This document shows positions 20,078 to 30,379 of a stretch of 64,000 nucleotides of DNA, piece after piece. The DNA comes from Bacteroidales bacterium (GTDB lineage: Bacteria > Bacteroidota > Bacteroidia > Bacteroidales > Lentimicrobiaceae). Where the stretch lies: the NCBI GenBank assembly GCA_016705005.1, contig JADIZB010000001.1, positions 156,778 to 220,777 on the forward strand, read 5' to 3'. Every line of letters begins with the position of its first letter. The stretch's first letter is position 1. The notes beneath the pieces are model-generated. The model saw nothing but the letters and a program-made list of their open reading frames with translations, ran no database searches and was not told the origin of the DNA. The position numbers and the translations under genes were made by a program.

Positions 20078-20928
20078 ATGGAGATCAAATCTTTGGATGG
20101 TGTTGACAGCCAGGTCCTGCATCAGGCTTTTGTCCGCGCATTTGCCGGTTATGACGCCCCTACCCCTGACGAGTCCGCACTTCAAACAATGCTGGCAAGG
20201 AGAGGGTTCAAGCAGCCCTTTCCTTCGGAGCTTTCGACGGAGGAGAACTGGTCAGCTTTACATTCAATGGTACAGGTTTCTATTGCAAAACAGCCACTGT
20301 CTATGACACCGGAACCGGAACCATTCCCGAATACCGGAAACAGGTCTGGCAAAGCGCATTTTCAGCGAATCAAAACCAGTTTTGGTTTCGGCCGGGATGA
20401 AACAGTACCTGCTTGAGTTCTCCGGCAAATGTAAAAGCTGTTGAATTATACCAGGCCTGGGGTTTGAAATGGTCAGGGAATTCGATTATTACTATGCCCC
20501 TGCCAAAGACATCAACCAGAAGCAGGTTACAACCGATTCCGGTATTGAATTCCAGGAGATTTCTGAACCGGACATAGATCTCTTCAGCTCTTTTCAGGAT
20601 TTCAGACCATCCTGGCAAAACAGCTTCGAGGCTGTAATCAGGAGACTGAATGATTTCACAATCATCACTGCTACATATAAAGGAATGATTACAGGGTATG
20701 GAATTCTTGAGCCATTGTCCGGTGACATTACCCAGATTGCTGTTAAACATTCTTTCCGCCGCAATGGAATAGGAACTGCCCTGCTGAACCGGATGCTTGA
20801 CCTCAACAGATTTGGTTCGGTCAAGATGATTAATGTTGAAAAAAAACTGCTCATTCTCTCAGCAGTCTGGCCGATAGTTTTGGCTGGAAACCAGCCGGAG
20901 TCAGTTTGAAATGATGAGCAAGCTGTGA
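20078..20928 (+). pseudogene. Tandem GNAT family N-acetyltransferase; frameshifted
   Basis: MEIKSLDG..LHQAFVRAFAGY at the start; later QIAVKHSFRRNGIGTALL (acyl-CoA motif A); ends QFEMMSKL*. Confidence 0.75.
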
Positions 20929-20965
20929 AAGATAAAACACTTAAACAAAAGATTGCCTTTCTGAC

Positions 20966-21646
20966 ATGAATCAGTTCCGTTTTACTCCCAACCATTGAAT
21001 TCATCAGGAAAACAATGGCAGGTGCTGAGGGCAGGCATGACTGGTGGCATATTTTCAGGGTATGGAAGATGGCACTCAGAATAGCTGGAGTCGGAAGATG
21101 CAGATCTTCTGGTTGTACAATTGGGAGCTTTGTTACTGATATTGCTGATGTAAGTTCAATAGCAGGGATGAAAAGATCGGACCCCGGATGGCGGGTGAGT
21201 TTCTTGATTCAATTGGGTTTCAGTCGAAACCAGAGATCATGTCAGAAAATAATCGAGAACATCTCATATAAAGGAGGAAAGGAGGTTCAGAGGTTCAGAT
21301 CAGCAGAGCTGGATATTGTACAGGACGCTGACCGGCTTGATGCTCTCGGGGCTATCGGCATTGCCCGGACATTCAACTACGGTGGACACAGGAACAGGGA
21401 GATTTATAATCCTGGAATAAAACCCGACCTGAATATGGATAAGGAAGCTTATTATAAAAGTTCAGCTCCTACCCTGAATCATTTCTATGAGAAACTACTG
21501 CTTCTTAAGGACAGAATGAATACAGAAACAGGCGCAGAATGGCTCAGCGACGACACGATTTCATGTTAAGCTATCTGGATGAATTTTACCGGGAATGGGA
21601 AGGCAAGAATAGAAAACAACACAATCTCTTATTAAATTCATGGTAG
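20966..21646 (+). pseudogene. HD domain metal-dependent phosphohydrolase; frameshifted, end approximate
   Basis: [57 protein letters not shown]. Confidence 0.85.
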
Positions 21647-21733
21647 TCAATACAAAATGTAAATGGAAAAGTATAAGCAGAATATGACATTACAAAAAAT
21701 CCAAAAGGCAATTAATTGAAAAGAAGCAAAAAA

Positions 21734-22113
21734 ATGGGTTGGAAAGCTGGTCATAATAAAAACCTAGGAATACTGGAAGTGACTTTTACCGGTTCACCGG
21801 AGATTGAAGAACTCAAGGCAGCCGTAATGTCGTCGCTCAAACTTTGTTATGAGAAGCAGTAACCAGGGTGCTTGCTGATTGTTCTAAAATGGTTTCTTCT
21901 GTAAATGATTCAATCATGAGTACTTACGAACTGGGCTCCTTTTACGAATCACTCAAAATTGAAATTCTTATGAAAGAGGCCATCATCCTACCTGAAAATG
22001 AAAAAGCTGCTGCTATGATGTATTTCTTTGAAACTACAGCACGTAACCGTGGTTTTAATGTTCGTGTTTTCGCTGAACGCGATGATGCACTATTCTGGTT
22101 GCTGAAGGTGTAA
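21734..22113 (+). pseudogene. SpoIIAA/STAS-like small protein; one frameshift near 21860
   Basis: LGILEVTFTG...TRVLADCSKM...KEAIILP...FFETTARNRGFNVRVFAERDDALFWL. Confidence 0.6.
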
Positions 22114-22245
22114 CTGATCTCGTGTTTTCATCTGAATCCTACCATCAGGAATCCATTGAAGGTTAATTTTCAAATTGGTCCAAACTTTTTCAGCGTAATC
22201 TGTTTATATTTGTTGATATATTTAAAACTAACAAGCAAAATAACT

Positions 22246-23220
22246 ATGAATAGAATTCCTTTTTCAAAAGACATTCTAAAAATCAAGGATATCGAAGCGA
22301 TGGCCGATCACCTTGGCAACATGCTGAAAGAAGAGATATTTTCAAATACAAAGGAAAGGTGCCGTTATCGGGATCAGTGGTGGAATTGATTCTTCGGTAT
22401 CCATGGCCCTCGCAGCCAGGTACCTTGGTCCTGAGCGTGTTTTCGGTGTTATGATGCCGAAAAAGATTCGAGTCCCGACAGTGAAAGTATGGCATCAAGG
22501 CTGGCTAAAGTTCGGGTTGAAGCAGTTGTAGAAAACATCAGACCTGCTCTTGAAGGCTTTAAATGTTATGAAAGACGAGACGAAGCGATCAAAGGGTTTT
22601 CCTGATTTCGATCCTCTTACCGACAAATCTAAGATAGGAATCAACAAAACCGGGCTTGATCAGAAACTGCCGCCGGTTTTCCATCTTACTGTTATCGACA
22701 AATCAGGCAATCAGCAGAGCAGGATTATTCCCGTAAAGGAATATCTTCAGATTGTCTCTGCTTCCAATCTCAAACAACGTTGCCGCATGGCCATGGTTAT
22801 TATTATGCTGAGAAAATGCATTATGTTGTGATCGGAACTGCCAATAAGCACGAAATAGATCAGGGGTTTTTGTAAAATTCGGAGATGGTGGTGCAGATCT
22901 TTACCCACAGGCCAATCTTTACAAGACACAGGTTTATCAACTTGCAGCTTACCTTGGGTGTGAACCAGAAATCATTGATCGTACTCAACCACCGACACTT
23001 ACAGTGCCGAACAGACCCAGGAAGAGTTCTTTTATCAGCTTCCGTTTGATATCATGGATCCTATGTGGTACGGTTACGAAAACGGATACTCTCGGAAGAA
23101 GTGGGTGAGGTTATGGGGATGTCAGCAGAAGAGGGCAAAGATCATTTTTGAGAATTTTGCACGTAAAATAAAAACAACTGAATATTTAAGGGCTAATCCT
23201 ATTGTTTCCCGCTCATCTAG
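22246..23220 (+). pseudogene. NadE-like NH3-dependent N-type ATP pyrophosphatase with a long insertion; frameshifted, end approximate
   Basis: Reconstructed across frames: [70 protein letters not shown]. Confidence 0.85.
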
Positions 23221-23230
23221 CCGGTCATTT

Positions 23231-24692
23231 ATGAATGTTTTTGATTACTTTTCAGGAATTCCGCGGATCTGGAAAAGAGGCAGTTGTAGGACGCGACAGC
23301 ATAACCTACGGGTTTTATATAATAATGCATTAAACGCCGCAGGGCAGTTTGGCAGAGCACACGGAGAGAACAATTATGTATTGATTCTGGTGAAAACTCC
23401 GTGTTCTTTATCCTGCCTACCTTGCCCTGATGAAATCGGGTAATATATGTGTTCCTCTTAACCCTGCGATTGAGCTGGAAAACCTTGATAAAGTCCTGGC
23501 AAAGACCGGATCTACCCTTGCTTTTATCAGCAAACGTTATCAGCAACGGTTTGCTTCTTGCGGTTTTACAGTTTACGACGATGACTCGCTGAAATACTGG
23601 AATACTGCTGAAGCAAATAATTCAACTGTAGCCGATAAAGCAACATTTGATGAAAACCGCCTTGCAGAGATCATCTTTACATCAGGATCAACAGGGAGCA
23701 GAAGGGTAATGATCACATAAAAAAATATTGTTGCCAATACTTCCTCCATAGTTGAATACCTGAACCTGACTTCTGACGATACCATTGAAGTTGTAATGCC
23801 GTTTTATTACTGTTACGGACTTTCTTCTGCACACCCATCTGAGGGTCGGAGGGGCTGTACACATGAATAACTCCTTTATATTTATCGGAAGTGTGATTGA
23901 TGACCTTAACACCTACAAATGCACTGGATTCGCAGGTGTTCCAAGCCACTTCAGATTCTGCTCAGAAAGACAAAGACTTTAAAACCACAAAATTCCATAC
24001 CCTCCGATATGCAACCCAGGCAGGTGGAAAACTGCACACTGCGTTTATAGAAGAGTTTATTGATGCTTTCCCTGACATCAGGTTCAACGTGATGTATGGT
24101 CAGACGGAAGCAACAGCACGCTTATCGTATCTTCCTCCTGAAGACCTTCGTCGTAAGCTGGGATCATTGGGAAGGGGCATACCCAGGTTACCTTAAAGTT
24201 GTGGATGAAAACGGCATCCCCGTAAAACCAGGAGAAACAGGTGAAATCCTGGCCAGGGAGACAATATAATGGCCGGTTATTTCAAAGATCCTGAAACTAC
24301 TGCACAGACCATAAGGGATGGTTGGCTTTACACCGGCGATATAGCAACGGTAGATGACGAAGGTTTTATTTTCATGCAATCCCGGGCCAAAGAGATCATC
24401 AAGGTGAGGGGAATCAGGATCAGTCCGAAAGAAATTGAAGCCGTGATCGTAAACTATCCTGGTGTGATTGACTGTACCATTTCGGCCGAACATGATGATG
24501 TTACCGGCGAATCGGTTACTGCAACGGTTTTGTAATGAGGCCGATCTGGAGAAATTCAGCGAAGAAGCCATCAGACAGCATTGCGCTGTGAACCTTGCTT
24601 CATATAAAGTCCCCAGAAAGTTGTTTTTGAAACAAAACTTACCTTCAATTCAGCTGGCAAGAAATCTAAATATTAAAGTGAAGATGCGTTAA
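23231..24692 (+). pseudogene. Class I adenylate-forming (AMP-binding) ligase; frameshifted
   Basis: IIFTSGSTG, PFYYCYGLS, TQAGGKL, MYGQTEATARLS, GWLYTGDIA, RAKEIIKVRGIRISPKEIE, ASYKVPR. Confidence 0.88.
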
Positions 24693-25607
24693 GAGATTCC
24701 CCCCTGGCCCAGATTTTCCTTACCAGCGAATCCATCATGGTTTGGTTGGGATGGAAGTAATCGATAAAATTCGAGCGGGTGGATTTAAATTCTGCCCATA
24801 GATCAAGGTCAATTGTTTTACCCAGCGTATTGATGTCTGCCTTAAACCTCATCAACTCATCTGTCAGGCCAACTTTTAAGATGATTGTCAACTCCTTCAT
24901 AAACAGGAAGGATGATAAAATTAATTCAATATTATTCTGGTCACAATATTTCCTGATTTTCTGAAATTCACCGAAATAAAGAAAAGGGATAGGAATATTC
25001 TTTAAAAACAGGTTCAGCCTGAACTGGCCAATTCTTCCATTCTGTCAGGAGGCAGGAATTCATAGGATCTCGAAACAATCCAGGGTTTCGTGTGGCAGCC
25101 CAGGCGGTATTTGCGACGGCATCGAAGAAAATCTCCTTGGTTGTAAAATACTGGTAAGGTCTTTTGAAATAATCCTGTGCGAAGTGGAAAAGATCGTATT
25201 CCCTTTCTGCATTATAGTTCATAAATGCAACCTGAAAATAAACTTTCTCAAGCCGAGTATGTCCGGCTGTGAACCAGAATGTCTCAAACATCGTATTGAA
25301 ACTGGCTCCGGGAAAGCAGAAATTAAATACTCTTCACCGGTAATGTCGCGGATCAGGTCAACGTTAATGTCTTTCCCCTGTGAATCACCAATAATTACTT
25401 TGGAAACCGGGTTCCTCCTGAATTTGATTGTTTTCCAAAGGATGTTCCCCCGTGGGCTGCTTTCATCCGTGCGTTGTATTATGGTGAACTTGTCCTTATC
25501 GTTGATCACATGGAAAACACCAAAGAAATTGTAGGGATCAATGACAAGTATAAAAAGCATAGAGAAAAACCGGTATCAAAAAGATGCTTTCAGGATATAT
25601 TTTTCAT
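24673..25607 (-). pseudogene. Membrane-anchored SGNH-like protein (AlgJ/DltD/PatB-like); frameshifted
   Basis: N-terminal TM then VIDPYN; IIGDSQG (block I) and NFIDYFHPNQ (DxxH block V); lies directly downstream of the MBOAT. Confidence 0.65.
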
Positions 25608-25631
25608 AACCTTAAATGGGCTTAACTGAAA

Positions 25632-27070
25632 TTAAAACTTGAGATAAACGAATGTATCACCGGCGCCGCTATAGTAGAAAACCGAGACGATCAGCAGATA
25701 ATAACCGACCCACCTTACAGCCCGTGGCATTTTCAGAAAATATCCTGCAACATCCACGCCTCTTTCCTGATAAATTTCGATAACGAACAATACTACAAAA
25801 GCAGCAAAGGCAATAAAGAATCCTGCTGAATCATAAATAAGCTTATTCCCTGAAAGACTCAGGTGAAAATTTGAAAACAGGTGCGATATAAAATAAAAAG
25901 GCATCGCTGATGGAATGCGAGTTAAAAAACACCAGTGTAAAGGAAAAGAAAAGATAGGTAAGTGCCCGGCTTACAAAACCACCATGCCCGAAGGCAGTTT
26001 TGATGCGATTTCCAGCCTCTTTTTCTTGGAAGCAAATTCATAACTGATGGCGATACCCTGCAAAATACCAACCATAATAAATGTCCAGTTCGCACCATGC
26101 CAGATACCAATGACAAAAAAGGAAACGAATATTCCGGCAATGGCCGCCCTGTTTCCAAGACGTCGGTATTTGACAATAAAAGGTGAAAAAATAAAATCGT
26201 TGCACCATGACGAAAGTGAAATGTGCCAGCGCCTCCAGAATTCACCAACATTTCTGGCAAAGAAAGGACGGTTGAAATTATCGACCAGTTTGATTCCAAA
26301 AATGCTGGCTACTCCCAATGCCATATCGGTATATCCCGAAAAATCACAATAAAGGTGGATGGCCTGAAGGAAAAGATTAAAACGAGAGGCAGACCCGAAT
26401 AATTATCCATATGGCCATATACAAGTCCGACGGGGGCTCCGAGGTTATTGCCTATGACCACTTTTTTGAACATCCCCCAGAGGAATAGCCTCAAACCTGC
26501 AGAGATGTTTTCCTGATTAAATTCAATCCGCGCATTCACCTGTGGGAAAAAATGATTGGACCGTTCAACCGGACCGGCAAGAAACTTCGGAAAGAACGCA
26601 AGATAATTCGCAAAATTTACAAAATTCCTCTCTGCCTTTTCAGCCCGCCTGTTGATCCGGATAATATAACCCAGCGCCTGGAATGTGTAATAGGAGATTC
26701 CAACAGGAACGATCAGGGAAAGATAGGGCAGATTGCTGTTTGCAGAGAATAAATTGAGCAGGGAATTGATATTCTCGAACAAAAAGTTAATGTATTTATA
26801 AAACGCAAGTATGCCAATGTTTGCATAAATGGCCAACCAGAAAATCTTTAATCTCCACTTTGTATCTATCTGTTTTTCAAGCGCTCTGCCAAAAAAGTAG
26901 TTAAGTACAATGAAGGCAATTGTAAAAAGCACTAAATTTGGGGAGAGCATTGAAATGAAATAAATGCTCGCGGCTAACAACACTGGCTGCCTGAATTTCT
27001 GATTTACCCCGTAGTATAGCAGGACTGAAACGGCTAAAAACACGAAGAAGTGGAAAGAGTTGAATAGCAC
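25632..27070 (-). pseudogene. MBOAT family O-acyltransferase (AlgI/DltB/PatA-like); frameshifted near 26330 and 25950
   Basis: MLFNSFHF, PVGISYYTFQALGY, FPKFLAGPVER, DFSGYTDMA, NFNRPF..FWRRWHISLSSW, GIWHGANWTF (catalytic His). Confidence 0.92.
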
Positions 27071-27123
27071 CTGGATTGTGTTTAATTTGAACTAAATGTA
27101 TTATTAACTTAATAACTCAGACT

Positions 27124-27990
27124 ATGTTTAAAACAAATGTATCAATTTTCATGGTCGTTGCTTTTATAACTTCAATTATTTTTATTTCAGGATGTAAAAA
27201 TGAAAAAAGCATGACCCCCGATCAGAATGCCTACAAAATTATGTTTCTCCATCACAGTACCGGACAGGTGATCTGGGAAGGCAAGGCATCAGGACTCAAA
27301 AGAATAACCGGAATCTTCAACAAATATGAAGCAGTTCCCGAATGGTTTGACAACCACAATAAAACGATGGGAACCAATTATTACATTACCGGGCAGAATT
27401 TTCCTAAAGCAAAACCATATGGCTGGCACAATTACCCCTACGATTACTTTAATATCTGGGTAAAGAACGCCGGAAACAATGCATATCAGGAAGAACCAAC
27501 CCTGGAGATGCTTGTCAAAGAGTACAATATGATCATCTTCAAGCATTGTTTTCCTGTCGGAAATATTCTTGATAGCCCTGATTCGGCTGATATTAATTCC
27601 GATAAAAAGACGCTGGAGAATTACAAATCGCAATATCTGGCATTAAAAGAAAAGCTGCTGCAATTTCCTGATACAAAATTTCTGATCTGGACTGCTGCCG
27701 CTTTGGTTGAATCTCAGACAACTGCTGAAGAAGCTGCCAGGACAAGAAAATTTGTTGATTGGGTGATCAATGAATGGGATAGCCAGGGTGATAACATTTA
27801 CCTTTGGGACTTTTACAACCTTGAAACGGAAGGTGGACAATTCTTGAAGCCTGAATATGCTGTTGGCAAAGATGATTCTCATCCTGATAAATCATTCGCC
27901 GGCAGAGTTGCTCCGCTTTTTTGTCAGCGAATTGTTGACGTGATTGAAACAAATGGTCAGAAAACCGGTTTATCAGGAGAACCAAAATAA
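27124..27990 (+). CDS. Lipoprotein of unknown function with SGNH-like motifs
   Basis: 288 aa; lipobox ISGC; IMFLHHSTG (Ser at a block-I-like position), FKHCFP, KDDSHP (DxxH-like). Confidence 0.75.
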   Translation: MFKTNVSIFMVVAFITSIIFISGCKNEKSMTPDQNAYKIMFLHHSTGQVIWEGKASGLKRITGIFNKYEAVPEWFDNHNKTMGTNYYITGQNFPKAKPYGWHNYPYDYFNIWVKNAGNNAYQEEPTLEMLVKEYNMIIFKHCFPVGNILDSPDSADINSDKKTLENYKSQYLALKEKLLQFPDTKFLIWTAAALVESQTTAEEAARTRKFVDWVINEWDSQGDNIYLWDFYNLETEGGQFLKPEYAVGKDDSHPDKSFAGRVAPLFCQRIVDVIETNGQKTGLSGEPK

Positions 27991-28042
27991 GATGTAAACG
28001 AATTTTGTTCAGTATTTTTATAAATTTTAAACCATTTCAATT

Positions 28043-28294
28043 ATGACTGACATTGCTGCTGTTAAAGAACAGCTAAAAAAATTTATCGTTGAAACATCCT
28101 TTGTTCCTGCTGAAAAAGTAAAAGATGATACATTGATTTTTGTAGAAGGCATCTTCGATTCAATGGGGTTCCTTTCACTGATCAATTTTATTGAAGATAA
28201 TTTTAAGATTAAGGCTGCTGATTCAGAGCTTCTGGAAGGTAATTTCGAATCCGTGAATGCAATCTCAGGCTTTATAAGCCGGAAACTTAACTAA
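28043..28294 (+). CDS. Acyl carrier protein (DltC-like, stand-alone)
   Basis: 83 aa, acidic; EGIFDSMGFLSLINFIEDNF carries the phosphopantetheine Ser. Confidence 0.92.
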   Translation: MTDIAAVKEQLKKFIVETSFVPAEKVKDDTLIFVEGIFDSMGFLSLINFIEDNFKIKAADSELLEGNFESVNAISGFISRKLN

Positions 28295-28306
28295 GAAATC
28301 TGATCT

Positions 28307-30283
28307 ATGTGTGGTATTGCAGGAATTTTCAATTTCTCGGCTACCGAAAATGCACCTTCTGAACAACAACTGACTTCAATGTTGACGGCCATCCGTTACA
28401 GGGGGCCTGATGAAAGTGGCATATATCTTGGAAACAGGATCGGGTTGGGTAATGTTCGGTTGAGCATCATTGGCGTTTCATCAGGACAGCAACCAATACA
28501 TATCAGGGACAAAAGGTACTGGATTGTATACAACGGAGAGTTGTTTAACTACATCGAAATCCGCCGTGATCTTGAAAAACTGGGAATTCAGTTCACCACT
28601 CAGACCGATACCGAAGTTGTAGTTCAGGCTTATGCCCAGTGGGGGCCTGCCTGCCTGCAACAATTTGTCGGACAGTTTGCCATAGCCATCTGGGATAAGG
28701 AGAAGGAAGAACTCTTCATCGCACGCGACAGGGTTGGAATAAGACCTGTGTTTTACACCCGCAGCGGGAATCAGTTCATTTTTTGCTCTGAAATCAAGGG
28801 GATCTTCCAGATACCGAAAGTCAGGAGAGTTGTCAATCAAAAAGGCCTCTCGCAGATTTTCACCTTCTGGACAACCATCAGTCCGGATACCCCTTTTGAG
28901 GATGTTTATGAAGTTTCGCCGGGGCATTACATGCTGATCAGTGAGAAAGGTATCCGGTCAGAAAAATACTGGAGTCTGAAATACCCTGAAGCAAACGGGT
29001 ACAGTGTGAAGAGTATTGACGAATCGGTGGAGGAACTAAGGGAACTCTTCAGGGATTCTGTGAGGAAACGCCTCAGAGCTGACGTTGAAGTTGCTGCATA
29101 CCTGAGCGGAGGAATCGATTCGAGTGTTACCACCGCTTTTATCCACGAAGTTGAGCCGGGAGTTCTGAACACCTTTTCGATCGGCTTCAAAGACAAGGCT
29201 TTTGATGAAACAGCATTTCAGCTTGAAGCCTCAAAATACTTTAATACCAACCACATGGCGTTCACCTGCAGCTCGGGTGAAATCGGCAAATACTTTTATG
29301 ATACAATCAGGCATGCGGAGTTTCCGATTCTCAGGACGGCTCCTACACCCATGTACATGTTGTCGAAAAAAGTCAGGGAGCAGAATATCAAGGTTGTAAT
29401 TACCGGTGAAGGCGCCGATGAGATGCTTTCAGGCTATAACATCTTCAAGGAGGCAAAAATCCGCAGGTTCTGGGCCCGGAATCCACAGTCCGATATTCGC
29501 CCGTTGCTGCTTAAAAAGCTCTATCCTTACCTGCCGATGATGAAAGAGGCCAAAACCTCTGTATTGAAAATGTTCTTTGGTTACAAGCTTGGCGAAACGG
29601 ATAATCCTTATTATTCTCACCTGCTGCGCTGGCACAATACATCCCGGATTCAGAATTATTTTGCCGATCCGGTGATTGCCGGTCTTGACGGATATGAGCC
29701 CATCGATGAGGTAGGAAAATCTCTGGCAGAAAACTTTGACAAATGGGGCGATCTGGCTAAATCACAGTACCTTGAATCGACAATTTTCATGTCGGGATAC
29801 CTTCTTTCATCACAGGGTGACCGCATGGCCATGGCCAATTCGGTGGAAGGACGCTACCCTTTCCTCGACCACAGGGTTATCGAATATGCAGCTACATTGC
29901 CCGAGAGTTACAAACTCAATTGCCTGAACGAAAAGTTTATTCTGAAGAAAATGATGAAGGGCAAAATACCCGAATCAATTCTTAAAAGGCACAAACAGGC
30001 TTACCGAGCTCCTATCCATACCAGCTTTATCGGACCTGAAGCACCGGAATATGTTATGGAACTGCTGAATGAATCAACCATCAGATCATTCGGTTATTTC
30101 GATCCGGGAAAAGTAAACAAGCTTGTGGATAAGATTAGCCAAAACGGGCCGGTTACTGAAATGGAGAATATGGCTTTGGCTGGTATTATTTCCACCCAGT
30201 TGCTGCATCATTTTTTCATTCAGGAGAATGTATTCGTTTCCCCGGCCGACAAACCAGCCAACCTGATAATACTGAAGGATTAA
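28307..30283 (+). CDS. asnB: Asparagine synthase (glutamine-hydrolysing) family amidotransferase
   Basis: MCGIAG (Cys2 nucleophile), YNGELFNY, RDRVGIRP, YLSGGIDSS, TGEGADE, EGRYPFLDH. Confidence 0.95.
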   Translation: MCGIAGIFNFSATENAPSEQQLTSMLTAIRYRGPDESGIYLGNRIGLGNVRLSIIGVSSGQQPIHIRDKRYWIVYNGELFNYIEIRRDLEKLGIQFTTQTDTEVVVQAYAQWGPACLQQFVGQFAIAIWDKEKEELFIARDRVGIRPVFYTRSGNQFIFCSEIKGIFQIPKVRRVVNQKGLSQIFTFWTTISPDTPFEDVYEVSPGHYMLISEKGIRSEKYWSLKYPEANGYSVKSIDESVEELRELFRDSVRKRLRADVEVAAYLSGGIDSSVTTAFIHEVEPGVLNTFSIGFKDKAFDETAFQLEASKYFNTNHMAFTCSSGEIGKYFYDTIRHAEFPILRTAPTPMYMLSKKVREQNIKVVITGEGADEMLSGYNIFKEAKIRRFWARNPQSDIRPLLLKKLYPYLPMMKEAKTSVLKMFFGYKLGETDNPYYSHLLRWHNTSRIQNYFADPVIAGLDGYEPIDEVGKSLAENFDKWGDLAKSQYLESTIFMSGYLLSSQGDRMAMANSVEGRYPFLDHRVIEYAATLPESYKLNCLNEKFILKKMMKGKIPESILKRHKQAYRAPIHTSFIGPEAPEYVMELLNESTIRSFGYFDPGKVNKLVDKISQNGPVTEMENMALAGIISTQLLHHFFIQENVFVSPADKPANLIILKD

Positions 30284-30312
30284 TCCTGATTTTCCTCCCC
30301 CTGCTATGCTGC

Positions 30313-30335
30313 TTATTACCCTTTTTGGGTAATAA
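30313..30335 (+). terminator. Hairpin after asnB, possible terminator
   Basis: ttattaccc-ttttt-gggtaataa, 9-bp stem, no strong U tail. Confidence 0.4.
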
Positions 30336-30346
30336 CGGGTATTTTG

Positions 30347-30354
30347 TACCTTTG
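30347..30354 (+). promoter_or_regulatory. -7 promoter box for fabD
   Basis: tacctttg 26 bp above ATG 30380. Confidence 0.6.
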
Positions 30355-30379
30355 CACTTCCAAAATCAAAAAAAACAGC

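Noticed and set aside
19784-20416. 210-aa ORF fusing the OSBS C-terminus to the GNAT N-terminus
   Set aside because: Artefact of a frameshift that skips the OSBS stop at 20053-20055
23054-23443. 129-aa ORF joining the NadE-like C-terminus to the ligase N-terminus
   Set aside because: Likely an indel-created read-through; a real NadE-ligase fusion cannot be supported until the sequence is corrected
23231-24692. Ligase as MenE partnering the nearby menC
   Set aside because: It is separated from menC by unrelated genes, no menB/D/F/H is present, and the ACP/MBOAT context fits better
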